This document shows positions 9,117 through 19,148 of a DNA stretch of 64,000 bases, in pieces. Origin of the DNA: Hyphomicrobiaceae bacterium (lineage in GTDB: Bacteria; Pseudomonadota; Alphaproteobacteria; Rhizobiales; Hyphomicrobiaceae); NCBI GenBank assembly GCA_965223255.1, contig CBDCWA010000004.1:1611514-1675513 (forward strand), given 5' to 3'. The translations under genes and the position numbers were made by a program. The notes under the pieces were generated by a model. That model was given only the letters and a program-made list of their open reading frames with translations. It made no database searches and was not told where the DNA came from. Numbering within the stretch: the stretch's first letter is position 1; every line of letters starts with the position of its first letter.

Positions 9117-9977
9117 ATGATGCACAGAACGCTAACCTTGGCAGTGAGTTGCCTGTCCGTCGTTCTTGTCACAGGCAGCATTTATTCGTTTGCATGGTCA
9201 GAGAGTGGCACACGCAAGGGCGATTATGCTGCTGCGGTATGGAACAAACTTCATTTCTCACCAGCCATTGATCGCGCAAGAGATGAGCAGTGCCTTTCAT
9301 GCCATAGCGAGATCCTCAAGCAAAAAGTGCGCACCAAGTCTCCCGCCGGGATAAAGGCGAAAGATTCAATTGCTTGGTATCAGGCAATGGATACGTACAC
9401 AGGAGATCAAGAAACGTTTCATTGGCGGCATATTTCTTCGCCTTTTGCAAAGGCTGTCATGAAGCTGTCGTGCAATTTCTGTCACCGTGGACACGATCCG
9501 CGTGAAGAGGCGCCAGGCTCGAGTGCAACCGCACCGCAAATTGGCAAAGCGACTGGGTTTGCCTTGCGCAAGACGGTTGATCCTTCGCAAACGTGCCTCA
9601 AGTGCCATGGCAGCTTTCCCTATAAGATCATGCAATTGCCGGGACCTTGGCACGAAGTGCGACCGTTAATGGAGTCACCGGAAATAAAAAACGGCTGCCT
9701 AGGCGCTTGTCACAAGGTAGCATTCCGCACCAATCGCCATAACGTGACCTATCTCAATCGCGACAAGATAGAGGAATTGTCCAAGGACAACTCGGACACG
9801 TGCTTTGGCTGTCATGGCGGAAGGGCATGGTACCGGAATTCCTACCCTTATCCGCGAAATCCCTGGCCCGGCATGGACAAAGAGATTCCAAAGTGGGCCA
9901 AGGATAGGCCCACCCAATCCGAAGCGCGCTTTCGCATTGGCGACAAACAAGGCGCCGCGGCTGGCAAGACGAAATAG
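9117..9977 (+). CDS. multiheme c-type cytochrome (four CXXCH plus one CX3CH)
   Basis: N-terminal hydrophobic anchor/signal; CLSCH, CNFCH, CLKCH, CFGCH plus CLGACH. Confidence 0.75.
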   Translation: MMHRTLTLAVSCLSVVLVTGSIYSFAWSESGTRKGDYAAAVWNKLHFSPAIDRARDEQCLSCHSEILKQKVRTKSPAGIKAKDSIAWYQAMDTYTGDQETFHWRHISSPFAKAVMKLSCNFCHRGHDPREEAPGSSATAPQIGKATGFALRKTVDPSQTCLKCHGSFPYKIMQLPGPWHEVRPLMESPEIKNGCLGACHKVAFRTNRHNVTYLNRDKIEELSKDNSDTCFGCHGGRAWYRNSYPYPRNPWPGMDKEIPKWAKDRPTQSEARFRIGDKQGAAAGKTK

Positions 9978-10012
9978 CGGGCACGGCAGCAAAGTGTTGG
10001 AGGCAAAACCAT

Positions 10013-12547
10013 ATGAGTGTGAAGATTGACGTCCTCAGATCAGCTTTAAACCTGACGCGCCGCCGTTTCGTGCAACTGTCGGCGGCAAGTGCAGCCGCCG
10101 GTGCGGCAGGGCTTAAGCCGGAGCAGGCACAGGCGTTCGCCTATGAACCATATCCGACTGACGACGAGCTGACGACGATAGTAACAAGCTGCGCGCATAA
10201 TTGCGGATCGCGTCACGCACTCGTTGCACACAAGAAAGGTGATGTAATTGTCAGGCTGTCATCGGATGACGGACGCTATCAGAAGGATGGAGAATACGGC
10301 AAGGATACAGAGGACGAGCCGCAGGTGCGCGCCTGTCTGCGCGGACGGTCGTATCGTTCGCGGCTCTACTCGGCAGAGCGCCTGCTCCATCCCATGATTC
10401 GGGTCGGAGCGCGCGGTGAAGGGAAATTCAAACGCGCCTCCTGGGATACGGCGTTGGACTACATTGCCGAGCGCATAGTGAACATTAAGAATACCTATGG
10501 GCCAACTGCAATCCTGGACCAAAGCTATGCCGGCGCCTCATGGGGCGTCTTGCATCGCTCGGATCAGATCGAGGGGCTATTAGGGCGCTTTCTCGGCATT
10601 TTCGGTTGCCGCACGACGTCCTGGTCCGTGCCTTCGTATCAGGGAACGACTTTTTCGTCAGAAACGACCTTTGGCACGATTGAGGATGGAAATGAGGATG
10701 ATACGTTTGCCCACTCCAAGCTGATGATCATGTGGGGCTGGAATCCGGCCTACACATTTCATGGCGGCAATACATTCTACTATATGCGACTTGCAAAGCA
10801 GCGCGGATGCAAATTTGTCTTGGTGGACCCGCAATACACAGATTCAGCGGCCTCCTATGATGCCTGGTGGATTCCAATTCGGCCTAATACGGATGCGGCA
10901 ATGCTCGCGGCAATGGCCCACTATATCTTTGTCAACAAACTTCAAGATCAGAGCTTCATCAATCGCTTCTGCCTTGGCATGGACGCGGGCACAATGCCGG
11001 CATTCGCCACCGACCAGGAAAATTTCAGAGACTACATTCTTGGCAGGTATGACGGTCAACCTAAGTCTCCGGAATGGGCGCAAGAGATCTGTGGTGTAAA
11101 GGCCGATGACATCAAGAAGCTCGCGCGGATGTATGCGACGACAAAGCCAGCGGCATTGAAAGCAAGCTGGGCGCCAGGGCGATGCGCATACGGCGAACAG
11201 TATAGCAGGATGGCCGCGGCCCTTCAGGCAATGACCGGAAACATCGGTGTCTTGGGCGGCAGTGCTGAAGGCGTCGGCAAGGCCTGGAAAGCACAGGCTG
11301 CTGCGGGACCGGTAGATCAATACGCCAACATACATGCCGCTGCGATCAAGTCAGATAGATGGGCCGACTGCGTCCTTAATTACCCAAATGTGCGCCGCGA
11401 AGATGTCGGCTTGTGGCCGAAGTCGGGCGCCATGGATGGGGTAATACCGAATATTCGAGCGATTTGGTGGCAAGCGTCCGACTGGTTTAACCAGCTCCCC
11501 AACATCAACAAACAAATAGAAGCGATCCAAAAGCTTGATCTCGTCGTCTGCCAAGATTCGACCATTACGCCATCTGGGATATGGGCCGATGTGCTTCTGC
11601 CGGTTGCTACCCACTTCGAGCGCCACGATGTGGCCCTGCCTTGGTACAAGGGCCACTACTATATTCATAGGCCGAAGGTGATCGAGCCGCTTGGAGAAAG
11701 CAAGACCGACTGGCAGATTTTCACCGAGCTCGCGTTCCGACTCGGATTTGGCAAGACCATGAATCCACTTGCCTCCCGCGACTATTTCCACAACGATGAT
11801 GCGACCGACGAGGCGTATCTCAGGGATTGGTGGGAAAAGCGCGTCATGGGGTATCAAGGAGTTACGATGCCCTGGGATGAGTTCAAGAAACGCGGCATCT
11901 ACAAATTCCGACTGGACAAGCCCCATGTTGCCTTTCGCGAGCAGATTGAGGAGGGCAAACCATTCAAGACCACCTCCGGCAAGATCGAGATATTCTCTAT
12001 CAAACTATCGAACATTAAGGACTTTCGCCAAACGCAGTTTGGTTATCCTATCCCCGCAATCCCAAAATGGATTGAGCCATGGGAAGGCAGGCGCGATCCA
12101 AAGGTGCGCCAATATCCATTCCAGATGATCACGCCACACCCACGTTGGCGAACGCACTCAATATTCAACAACATCGGGTGGCTTCGGGAGACCTATGAGC
12201 AGGAAGTGACAATCAATGCGGACGATGCCGAGAAGCTCGGCATTAAGACAGGGGACAACGTCTACATCTGGAATGAGCGAGGCGCGACGGTGACACCAGC
12301 CTATGTGACACAACGACTGATGCCGGGCGTCGTTGTGCTTTACGAAGGCGCTTGGATGGATCGGGACACAAAGGGTATCGACCGGTCCGGCAATCCGGAT
12401 TTCCTGACCCTGGATGCGCCCAGCCCTGCAGGGGCATTTGCATACAATACGCTGTTGGTAAACATGCAGAAGACCGATCTGCCGCATCGACCCGGCTGGG
12501 ACAAGCTCGCAACGGCACGCAGCCACGTCTTCCGGCGTGACAATTGA
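10013..12547 (+). CDS. Tat-exported DmsA/YnfE-family molybdopterin (bis-MGD) oxidoreductase catalytic subunit
   Basis: GGAGG RBS; twin-arginine signal TRRRFVQLSAASAAAGAAG; TSCAHNCGSRHAL aligns with E. coli DmsA SACTVNCGSRCPL; QVRACLRGRS...HPMIRVGARGEGKFKRASWDTALDYIA is near-identical to the DmsA block as I recall it. Confidence 0.9.
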   Translation: MSVKIDVLRSALNLTRRRFVQLSAASAAAGAAGLKPEQAQAFAYEPYPTDDELTTIVTSCAHNCGSRHALVAHKKGDVIVRLSSDDGRYQKDGEYGKDTEDEPQVRACLRGRSYRSRLYSAERLLHPMIRVGARGEGKFKRASWDTALDYIAERIVNIKNTYGPTAILDQSYAGASWGVLHRSDQIEGLLGRFLGIFGCRTTSWSVPSYQGTTFSSETTFGTIEDGNEDDTFAHSKLMIMWGWNPAYTFHGGNTFYYMRLAKQRGCKFVLVDPQYTDSAASYDAWWIPIRPNTDAAMLAAMAHYIFVNKLQDQSFINRFCLGMDAGTMPAFATDQENFRDYILGRYDGQPKSPEWAQEICGVKADDIKKLARMYATTKPAALKASWAPGRCAYGEQYSRMAAALQAMTGNIGVLGGSAEGVGKAWKAQAAAGPVDQYANIHAAAIKSDRWADCVLNYPNVRREDVGLWPKSGAMDGVIPNIRAIWWQASDWFNQLPNINKQIEAIQKLDLVVCQDSTITPSGIWADVLLPVATHFERHDVALPWYKGHYYIHRPKVIEPLGESKTDWQIFTELAFRLGFGKTMNPLASRDYFHNDDATDEAYLRDWWEKRVMGYQGVTMPWDEFKKRGIYKFRLDKPHVAFREQIEEGKPFKTTSGKIEIFSIKLSNIKDFRQTQFGYPIPAIPKWIEPWEGRRDPKVRQYPFQMITPHPRWRTHSIFNNIGWLRETYEQEVTINADDAEKLGIKTGDNVYIWNERGATVTPAYVTQRLMPGVVVLYEGAWMDRDTKGIDRSGNPDFLTLDAPSPAGAFAYNTLLVNMQKTDLPHRPGWDKLATARSHVFRRDN

Positions 12548-13233
12548 TGATTGGGGACACAGATATGGCAAAGGCGCCGATTGACAAGAAGAAGATAAAG
12601 AACGCGGTAAAACGCAAGAAACAAGACGTTTACAAGCCAGTGGTTCCCCACCAACAGCTCGGGTTTATCCATAACAATGTCGATTGTATCGGGTGCAGGG
12701 CTTGCGAGATTGCTTGTAAGGATAAGAATGGGTTAGCACCCGGACCAAGATTCCGCAGAGTACAATATATCGAGGGTGGCACATATCCCGAGGTGTTTGC
12801 ATACAAGGTAAATATGTCGTGCAATCACTGCGCTGAACCTGCCTGCCTTCCCGCCTGTCCCACCGGCGCGATCTACAAACGGAAAAAGGATGGTATTGTC
12901 GACATTGACTCGACGTTGTGCATCGGATGCCGGCGCTGCGAGGCCACATGCCCCTACGGCGCACCGCAATACATCCCTGATCAAAATATCGTTTCTAAGT
13001 GTAATATGTGCGTGGATGAGATTGATGCCGGTCGTAAGCCCTATTGCGTGATGGCCTGCATGATGCGCGTGCTCGATATTGGTCCGATAGACAAATTGCG
13101 TGATGGGACTTGGGACACTAAAGCCAAGGCAAAGCAGGAGAAAGTTGTACGTCAGGTGCAGAATATGGCGGATCCGGAGCTAACCAATCCATCGATCGTA
13201 TTCGTCGCGCATAGCAAGGGCAAAGTGAAATAG
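12544..13233 (+). CDS. DmsB-like 4x[4Fe-4S] electron-transfer subunit
   Basis: Four Cys clusters: CIGCRACEIAC, CNHCAEPACLPACP, CIGCRRCEATCP, CNMCVDEIDAGRKPYCVMAC. Probable true start ATG 12565 (MAKAPID, GGGGA RBS). Confidence 0.9.
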   Translation: MMIGDTDMAKAPIDKKKIKNAVKRKKQDVYKPVVPHQQLGFIHNNVDCIGCRACEIACKDKNGLAPGPRFRRVQYIEGGTYPEVFAYKVNMSCNHCAEPACLPACPTGAIYKRKKDGIVDIDSTLCIGCRRCEATCPYGAPQYIPDQNIVSKCNMCVDEIDAGRKPYCVMACMMRVLDIGPIDKLRDGTWDTKAKAKQEKVVRQVQNMADPELTNPSIVFVAHSKGKVK

Positions 13234-13302
13234 GCGGTATGCTGCCGTGTTCGTGAACCACCCTGCGCCTTTTCCAATGCGCACTCACCTAGAGCGTTTC
13301 AA

Positions 13303-14130
13303 GTGCACAAACCTATCAGAGGTGCCCACCATGCTGGCCCTAGCCAGCATGCAGGGCGGGAGAATTCATTCGTGCAAGACCATGGACAAAGCGAAGCTGA
13401 ACTTCTTGCTGCTTTCAGAGAGTCGGTCGATGATGACCTGAAGTTGATTGCAGCACTGCACGATCGCGAGATCGATGCACCTGCGATCGCGCAGCTCAAA
13501 CAACTGAGGTTTCCCAGTGGCCTCGGTTTTAATCTGTCAAAGTCGGCAGCGAAACAAGCCCAACGACAAATGATCGATGCTCTTGCGGATCTGCCGGATG
13601 TACCCGATCAAGCGCTTCTCGATGAACTCGCCGTCGATTTTGCAGCAATCTATCTGACCTATCGCTACCGGGCCGCGCCAACGGAATCCGTGTGGCTCGA
13701 TAAGGACCATCTCGAGCGCCAGCAACCTATGTTTCAGACCCGAGCCGCCTACCGCCGAAGAGGTCTGAAGGTCGTCAACTGGAACGTGAGGTCTGAAGAT
13801 CACCTGGTCACTCAACTGCTTTTTGTGGCGCATTTGATTGGCGAATGTCGCGACGAAGTGGCGCTAGCGGATGCTGCAGCGTTCCTTGACCAGCACTTGC
13901 TCCGTTGGATTGACATCTTCGCCTTGAGTGTAGCGCAACGTTGCAGCGCTCGTTTTTATAGCGCCCTCGGCTCGCTGACAGCTGCCTATTTGGACGAGCT
14001 GCGCGATGTTCTCGCAGAGATCCTGGATGAACCGCGACCCCAAATCGTAACAGCCGATCAGATTCTGCAGCCACCCGACGAAGCCGAGCAGCACACTCCA
14101 ATCGCACCGGCCGTTGGTCCAAGCTGGTGA
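13303..14130 (+). CDS. TorD/DmsD-family redox-enzyme maturation chaperone
   Basis: Position immediately after A/B subunits; ...EDHLVTQLLFVAHLI... resembles the TorD family signature; start uncertain (alternative GTG 13372 with GGGAG RBS). Confidence 0.6.
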   Translation: MHKPIRGAHHAGPSQHAGRENSFVQDHGQSEAELLAAFRESVDDDLKLIAALHDREIDAPAIAQLKQLRFPSGLGFNLSKSAAKQAQRQMIDALADLPDVPDQALLDELAVDFAAIYLTYRYRAAPTESVWLDKDHLERQQPMFQTRAAYRRRGLKVVNWNVRSEDHLVTQLLFVAHLIGECRDEVALADAAAFLDQHLLRWIDIFALSVAQRCSARFYSALGSLTAAYLDELRDVLAEILDEPRPQIVTADQILQPPDEAEQHTPIAPAVGPSW

Positions 14131-14151
14131 TCAACCAGCGAATGGGTGCCG

Positions 14152-15534
14152 TTAGTCGCTGCGTTCACTAACGCTAAGTCCATGCTTCTTGAGCAACCTG
14201 TACGTGTTGCGCTCGCTTATTCCCAATACTTCAGCAATCCGCGAGCGATGTCCGCCGTATTTTACGACCAATCTAGCCAGGTAATCTCGCCGGATTTCCT
14301 CTAACGTTGGCTCGTGATCAAACATGAACGCCGCCGTTTCACAACGAGACGACTGAGCGCTGGGTGGAGCACTCAACCCCAGGTGCCGTGCTCGGATAGT
14401 AACGTCGTCGCCAGATACCAGGATTGCCCGCTCTATGACGTTTCTAAGCTCGCGAACATTGCCTGGCCATGAGTATGCGGTAAGCACCTCAATGGCATCC
14501 TTGCTCAATATCTTCTGCCGGGCGCGCTGAAAAGATCTGGTATCCAAAAACAGCTCTGACAGCACCGCGATGTCCTCGCGCCGCTGTCGCAGCGGTGGTA
14601 CACTGATCACAACTGTAGCCAAGCGATAGTAAAGGTCAGATCGAAATCGTCCCTCGTCGATGGATGCTATAAGGTCACGATTAGTTGCAGCGACGATGCG
14701 CGCGTCACTGATTATCTTCTGGGTGCCGCCGACGCGCCGAAATTCTCCGGTCTCAAGCACGCGCAGTAGTTTTGCCTGCATCGACGCAGGCAATTCGCCG
14801 ATTTCGTCAAGGAACAGTGTTCCGCCCTCGGCAATTTCGATCAAGCCCTGCTTGCGCCGGTCCGCTCCTGTAAATGCCCCTTTCTCGTGACCAAACAACT
14901 CCGATTCGAACAGCGTCTCTTGTAATGTCGTTGCATCCACAGGCACAAAGTTGGAATCCGCACGATCGCTCAGCTGGTGAATGGCTTTTGCTACAAGCTC
15001 CTTGCCGACGCCACTTTCGCCCTCGATTAGAACCGTTGAATCGCTTGGTGCGACCAACTCAATAAGATGTGCCATTTCCTCAAAAGCATTGCTCCGTCCA
15101 ACCATAATCTTCTTGATGTTGGGATTTAGTTGTTCTCGGCAATACTGGTAGCTGCGCCTCAAGGAGCTGTTTTCCAATGCTCGGCCAATAGCAAACTCCA
15201 GTTCGGACGGATTGATCGGTTTCGTCAGATAGTCAACCGCACCAGACCGGATAGCTTCGACTGCATGCCGAATGCTTCCGTACGCCGTCAGAACGAGCAC
15301 AGGGCATTGAGCTGAAAGTTCCGGCAAACACTGGATACCATCGATGTCGGGAAGTCTGATATCGAGGAGAGCAAGAGCGGGATCATGAGTCTCCAGCGTC
15401 ACCTTGGCTTCCTCCCATGAATAGACGCCAGTTGGCTGATAGCCCATCGCCCGCAGTTGTTCGATCAGAAAATGATTAAGTGCCTTGTCGTCCTCTATGA
15501 CAAGAAGATGCTTACCTTTCTTTCTTTGCGTCAT
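14152..15534 (-). CDS. sigma54-dependent NtrC-family response regulator (receiver-AAA+-HTH)
   Basis: Receiver domain with D...LLDIRLPDIDG; Walker A GESGVGKE; GAFTGA sigma54-contact motif (ESELFGHEKGAFTGA); C-terminal Fis-type HTH. Confidence 0.9.
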   Translation of the reverse strand: MTQRKKGKHLLVIEDDKALNHFLIEQLRAMGYQPTGVYSWEEAKVTLETHDPALALLDIRLPDIDGIQCLPELSAQCPVLVLTAYGSIRHAVEAIRSGAVDYLTKPINPSELEFAIGRALENSSLRRSYQYCREQLNPNIKKIMVGRSNAFEEMAHLIELVAPSDSTVLIEGESGVGKELVAKAIHQLSDRADSNFVPVDATTLQETLFESELFGHEKGAFTGADRRKQGLIEIAEGGTLFLDEIGELPASMQAKLLRVLETGEFRRVGGTQKIISDARIVAATNRDLIASIDEGRFRSDLYYRLATVVISVPPLRQRREDIAVLSELFLDTRSFQRARQKILSKDAIEVLTAYSWPGNVRELRNVIERAILVSGDDVTIRARHLGLSAPPSAQSSRCETAAFMFDHEPTLEEIRRDYLARLVVKYGGHRSRIAEVLGISERNTYRLLKKHGLSVSERSD

Positions 15535-17435
15535 GATAGTTCTTTCGCTACTTCTGCAGAAGGCAATGTGACAACGAATCTAGTCCCCTCACCAACCACG
15601 CTCGTCACATCTAACCTGCCGCCGCTTCGTTTGACTATTTCTTGGCATATTGAAAGCCCAAGCCCTGTTCCGTGAACGCCGTCGGCACGTTTACTCCAGA
15701 AGGGATCGAATATTTTGGCGAGATCGCTCTTCTTGATCCCCACGCCAGTGTCCTCAAAGACCAGCTCGACCACATCTTCGCAGACTGAGCCCGAAACCAG
15801 CAGGCGCCCGCCATCAGGCATGGCATGCAGAGCGTTCTGTGCGATGTTTAGCACCATCATTCTCATCTCGCTGTCGGAGCCGATTGATCTGAGTTCACTC
15901 TCAAGATCCATCGATATGTCGACCTCTGACTTCAGTGCCTCAGCGTTGAGTAGGGAGAGAACCTCGAACACGACGTTGTTGAGATTTACAAGTTCGCGGT
16001 GCTCGCTTGCTGGTGCGCTAAGCTTCAAAAGACGCGACGTAACTTCTATGCAGCGCGTTATCTGATCTTCGATAATGTCAAGATACTTGCTTGCCTTCTC
16101 GTCCCGACCCTCCCGTAGAGCTCTTTTCGCTGAGTCGAAGCCCAAAAGTATGGACGCAAGAGGGTTGTGAATCTCGTGTGCAACACCCGCGGCCAGGAAG
16201 CCAATTTCCGACAGCCGCTGCTCTTGCGATAGCCGCACGTCCTTGCTCAGGTCTCTAATGACCTCCACAACGAATTTTTTTTGCGTGTCGTCAATAGTGA
16301 TTTCAAGCAGCGCTGCTGAGACCTCGACCGGGATTTCTTTCTCATCGGCGCTCACATGAGAATGCCGACAAGTCAAGACCTGCCCTCCTTTCTGCAGTTC
16401 ATGCAGCGGACAGCTGACCAAGCTCGCTGGGCAAGGCGATTCACGAGAATGGCTGGACCAATAGCAGGGTCGCTGTACCACCTCAGACCGCGCGCGATGC
16501 TGTTGTTCGCAGAATGCGCGGTTAGCCTTGACGACCTGATAGTTCATGTCGATCACGCGCACTCCATCGGGCATTATGTCGATCAGGTCCTGCAAATACC
16601 GCTCTCTGGTCTCTATATTGTGTACAGCTTGAGCGATACGAGCGGACATGTCGTTAAAGGCACGTCCAAGCCGCCCAATCTCATCGGAGCTTTTTAGCGG
16701 CACACGGTGACCCAGTTGGCCCAGCGACATCTTATCCGCTGCCTCGGTCAGTCCTTTCACAGGTGCGAGCACGAACCAGTTAAGCAGAAATCCGATGCCA
16801 CCAATGGTAGTCAGCACGACTGCTATTCCGGCACCACTCAGCATCAATACTGCAAACATTGTGTCGCGTCTGATGTTCGTTGCGTCATAGTCAACGACGA
16901 GAATTCCGTTTATTGGGTGGGTATCAATCTGGCCATGGCATTTAGTGCATGGGCCGCGGTTGCGGACCGGGTTTATGCTGCGCAGAATGTCACCAGCAAC
17001 GGCGTCCGCAACGAAGGCCGAACGGGGCCCGTGCCCTTTTATTGTTGCCTTGCAGTCTGGGCACAACTCACCTGCTTCGAGATCAAAACGTCGGCCAAGC
17101 TGTATCTTGTTGCTCGCAAATCTGACTTCACCATTCGGCGCAAGAATCATGACACCGGAAATATTCTCCTGTTCACCCAATCGTTCGACCATTTTCCTCA
17201 GGCCAACGATGTCACGATTGAGCATCGCATTCTCAAGCCCCAGCTGCAGCAGGCGGTTGACCTCCGTGGATGCTGCGCTGCGTTCCCTCAGGATTTGATC
17301 ACGATAGGAGAGAATGACCAACGCAAGGAAACAGATCGATGCAAACGTTAGGCTTGCGACAAGGATCAGGGTTATTTTCCGCCTTAGGCTTGCAGCAGAC
17401 CACCTGGCTAGGTCATTCCATAACTGTCCCATCAT
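15531..17435 (-). CDS. sensor histidine kinase; periplasmic domain with CXXC and CXXCH motifs, then HAMP and a Cys-rich PAS-like region
   Basis: Two TM helices flank an about 140-aa periplasmic domain with CPDCKATIKGH and GPCTKCHGQ. Cytoplasmic part has C-x11-C-x6-C-x16-C, H-box AHEIHNPLA and an HATPase_c domain with G-boxes DTGVGI, GTGLGL. Stop overlaps the RR start. Confidence 0.85.
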   Translation of the reverse strand: MMGQLWNDLARWSAASLRRKITLILVASLTFASICFLALVILSYRDQILRERSAASTEVNRLLQLGLENAMLNRDIVGLRKMVERLGEQENISGVMILAPNGEVRFASNKIQLGRRFDLEAGELCPDCKATIKGHGPRSAFVADAVAGDILRSINPVRNRGPCTKCHGQIDTHPINGILVVDYDATNIRRDTMFAVLMLSGAGIAVVLTTIGGIGFLLNWFVLAPVKGLTEAADKMSLGQLGHRVPLKSSDEIGRLGRAFNDMSARIAQAVHNIETRERYLQDLIDIMPDGVRVIDMNYQVVKANRAFCEQQHRARSEVVQRPCYWSSHSRESPCPASLVSCPLHELQKGGQVLTCRHSHVSADEKEIPVEVSAALLEITIDDTQKKFVVEVIRDLSKDVRLSQEQRLSEIGFLAAGVAHEIHNPLASILLGFDSAKRALREGRDEKASKYLDIIEDQITRCIEVTSRLLKLSAPASEHRELVNLNNVVFEVLSLLNAEALKSEVDISMDLESELRSIGSDSEMRMMVLNIAQNALHAMPDGGRLLVSGSVCEDVVELVFEDTGVGIKKSDLAKIFDPFWSKRADGVHGTGLGLSICQEIVKRSGGRLDVTSVVGEGTRFVVTLPSAEVAKELS

Positions 17436-17962
17436 TGCGATGCCAGCCGAATGATAAAGCTCTCAGTAGGAACAAGATCCGTATCAATCCGGCAAAGCCT
17501 TTCGGTTTGGTCAGCAAGATCATCCTGGAAGACGGTGATCGGAACGACGACCGGCACCAGCCATTCCCGCGCAGCAAATGCCTTAAGCCAGTCCCGCCGC
17601 TCCTCAGAGGCCTTTGTCGCGAGAATGGATTCCGCGTTATGCACAACGAGCCCGCCACGATTCGATTTCTTTTCGATGTACGCGGTCAGAGCCGATAGTG
17701 GAACCTGGCCGGCCTCCCATCCCAGGGGGAGAAGTTTTTCCGCCCGAAAGTCTATGAAGGTGAAGTCAAGAGCATTCGTCATGGCGCGTATTAACTCTGG
17801 CCGGTACTCGGGAAAAACGACGAAGAAACCTCCACGTCCAGCAGCCTGGGCAATCATCTCGGCAACCGGCCTTATCCAAGGTAATAGAGGCTCTCGAGAC
17901 TGCATCATCGCAACACTTGAAACAGTTTGTCGTAATGCTGCGTCTTCAGGCAGATCCGACAT
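17432..17962 (-). CDS. hypothetical protein co-transcribed with the two-component system
   Basis: Overlaps kinase start by 4 nt; start may be an internal Met at 17908/17905 abutting the upstream stop. Confidence 0.5.
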   Translation of the reverse strand: MSDLPEDAALRQTVSSVAMMQSREPLLPWIRPVAEMIAQAAGRGGFFVVFPEYRPELIRAMTNALDFTFIDFRAEKLLPLGWEAGQVPLSALTAYIEKKSNRGGLVVHNAESILATKASEERRDWLKAFAAREWLVPVVVPITVFQDDLADQTERLCRIDTDLVPTESFIIRLASQ

Positions 17963-19083
17963 CGCAACTCGGCCGATCCCTGGCTCTCAGGCATCAAAAA
18001 CACAGTTCCGCACGAGCGGCATTGCGCAGAATCAAGTTGAATGGATGTCGGGTCGCCGCGCTGCCAGGACTTGACGGCGACTGCATCAGTATCACAAACG
18101 TCAGCGCACAGCCTGCAGCCGGTGCAATGTGACGGAGCGATCTTGTAGGCGGGCCGGCCCGCGTGATCAGTCACAAGTGTGATTGCATGAGTTGGGCATA
18201 TGCGAATACAGGCATTGCACCCGACGCAGTTCGCAGTATCAATTTCGGGAAGATAGGGGTTCAAAGGCATCCCGCTTTCGCCGGCTGGAAGTCGCTCCGC
18301 TGCCGGAACCTGACGTTGTGTCTTCAAGTTGGAATCCACGTCCACCAACCTGCTAACGGCCACAAAAAAACCGCGCCGGGATGCACGCATCGTTGTTGAA
18401 CGTATAGTATGCCATTCGCCAGGTGTGTACTCAGTGATGCTGAATTCATCCATGCCTCGGTCCGCCCAGAGACGTTGGAGGTTGATAACCGCTTGATCAA
18501 ACTGATGACTCAAACCACGCTCGCAGCTCAGGCATGCTTCGCGGCTCACGATCAGCTGTCGCAAACCTTGTGCATATAGTTGAGCCAGTTCATCTATTCC
18601 GATCGAATTCAGGCAAGGTCGTACACCAGGTCCACCTTCTTCGACGGCGACGGAACAGGCAAACAGTCCAATCTTGTCATCGTCATAAGATCTCGCAGCG
18701 TTGGCCAGTGGCAATTCAATCGCAGTCTGCGGGCAGACCGGCACACAGATGCCACATCCATCGCAAGCTTGTTCGTCAAATCCGAGAGCATCCTCCTCTA
18801 AGACCCACGCGGCACGTGGACAAGCATCAACGCAGTCTTGGCAACTAGCGTTGGACACGATCGCATGAACGCAACGATCAGCATCAATAACTGGAAGGTC
18901 TGCGGGCAGATGCGACAGCTTATCGCTTCGCGGAAGGGCAAAGCTGCGTCCTGGCAACCCAGACTCAGTCGTGTCCGAACGATTCTTCGACATCACGTTA
19001 TCGCTTCCGGCGCCCGGTTGCCCTCGCTCGCGCTCGCTGCGCGCACCTACTCGCGTGGCAGCCGACCCGGCGGGCACGGGCAC
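17905..19083 (-). CDS. polyferredoxin-like multi-[4Fe-4S] protein
   Basis: CDGCGICVPVCP, CVGCNACIRICP, CTGCRLCADVCD (CX2CX2CX3C[PD]) plus extra CxxC pairs; N-terminal 40 aa low-complexity so start uncertain. Confidence 0.75.
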   Translation of the reverse strand: MPVPAGSAATRVGARSERERGQPGAGSDNVMSKNRSDTTESGLPGRSFALPRSDKLSHLPADLPVIDADRCVHAIVSNASCQDCVDACPRAAWVLEEDALGFDEQACDGCGICVPVCPQTAIELPLANAARSYDDDKIGLFACSVAVEEGGPGVRPCLNSIGIDELAQLYAQGLRQLIVSREACLSCERGLSHQFDQAVINLQRLWADRGMDEFSITEYTPGEWHTIRSTTMRASRRGFFVAVSRLVDVDSNLKTQRQVPAAERLPAGESGMPLNPYLPEIDTANCVGCNACIRICPTHAITLVTDHAGRPAYKIAPSHCTGCRLCADVCDTDAVAVKSWQRGDPTSIQLDSAQCRSCGTVFLMPESQGSAELRCRICLKTQHYDKLFQVLR

Positions 19084-19148
19084 TTCCGACGATTATGAAA
19101 GACAGCTATTCCAACCCGAGAAACAGCCGCCACGACACGCTGTCGTGA

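Noticed and set aside
13247-13441. 64-aa ORF proposed as a separate small gene between dmsB and torD
   Set aside because: It is in a different frame overlapping the start region of the TorD-like gene. It is more likely an alternative-frame artefact. The TorD start itself remains uncertain.
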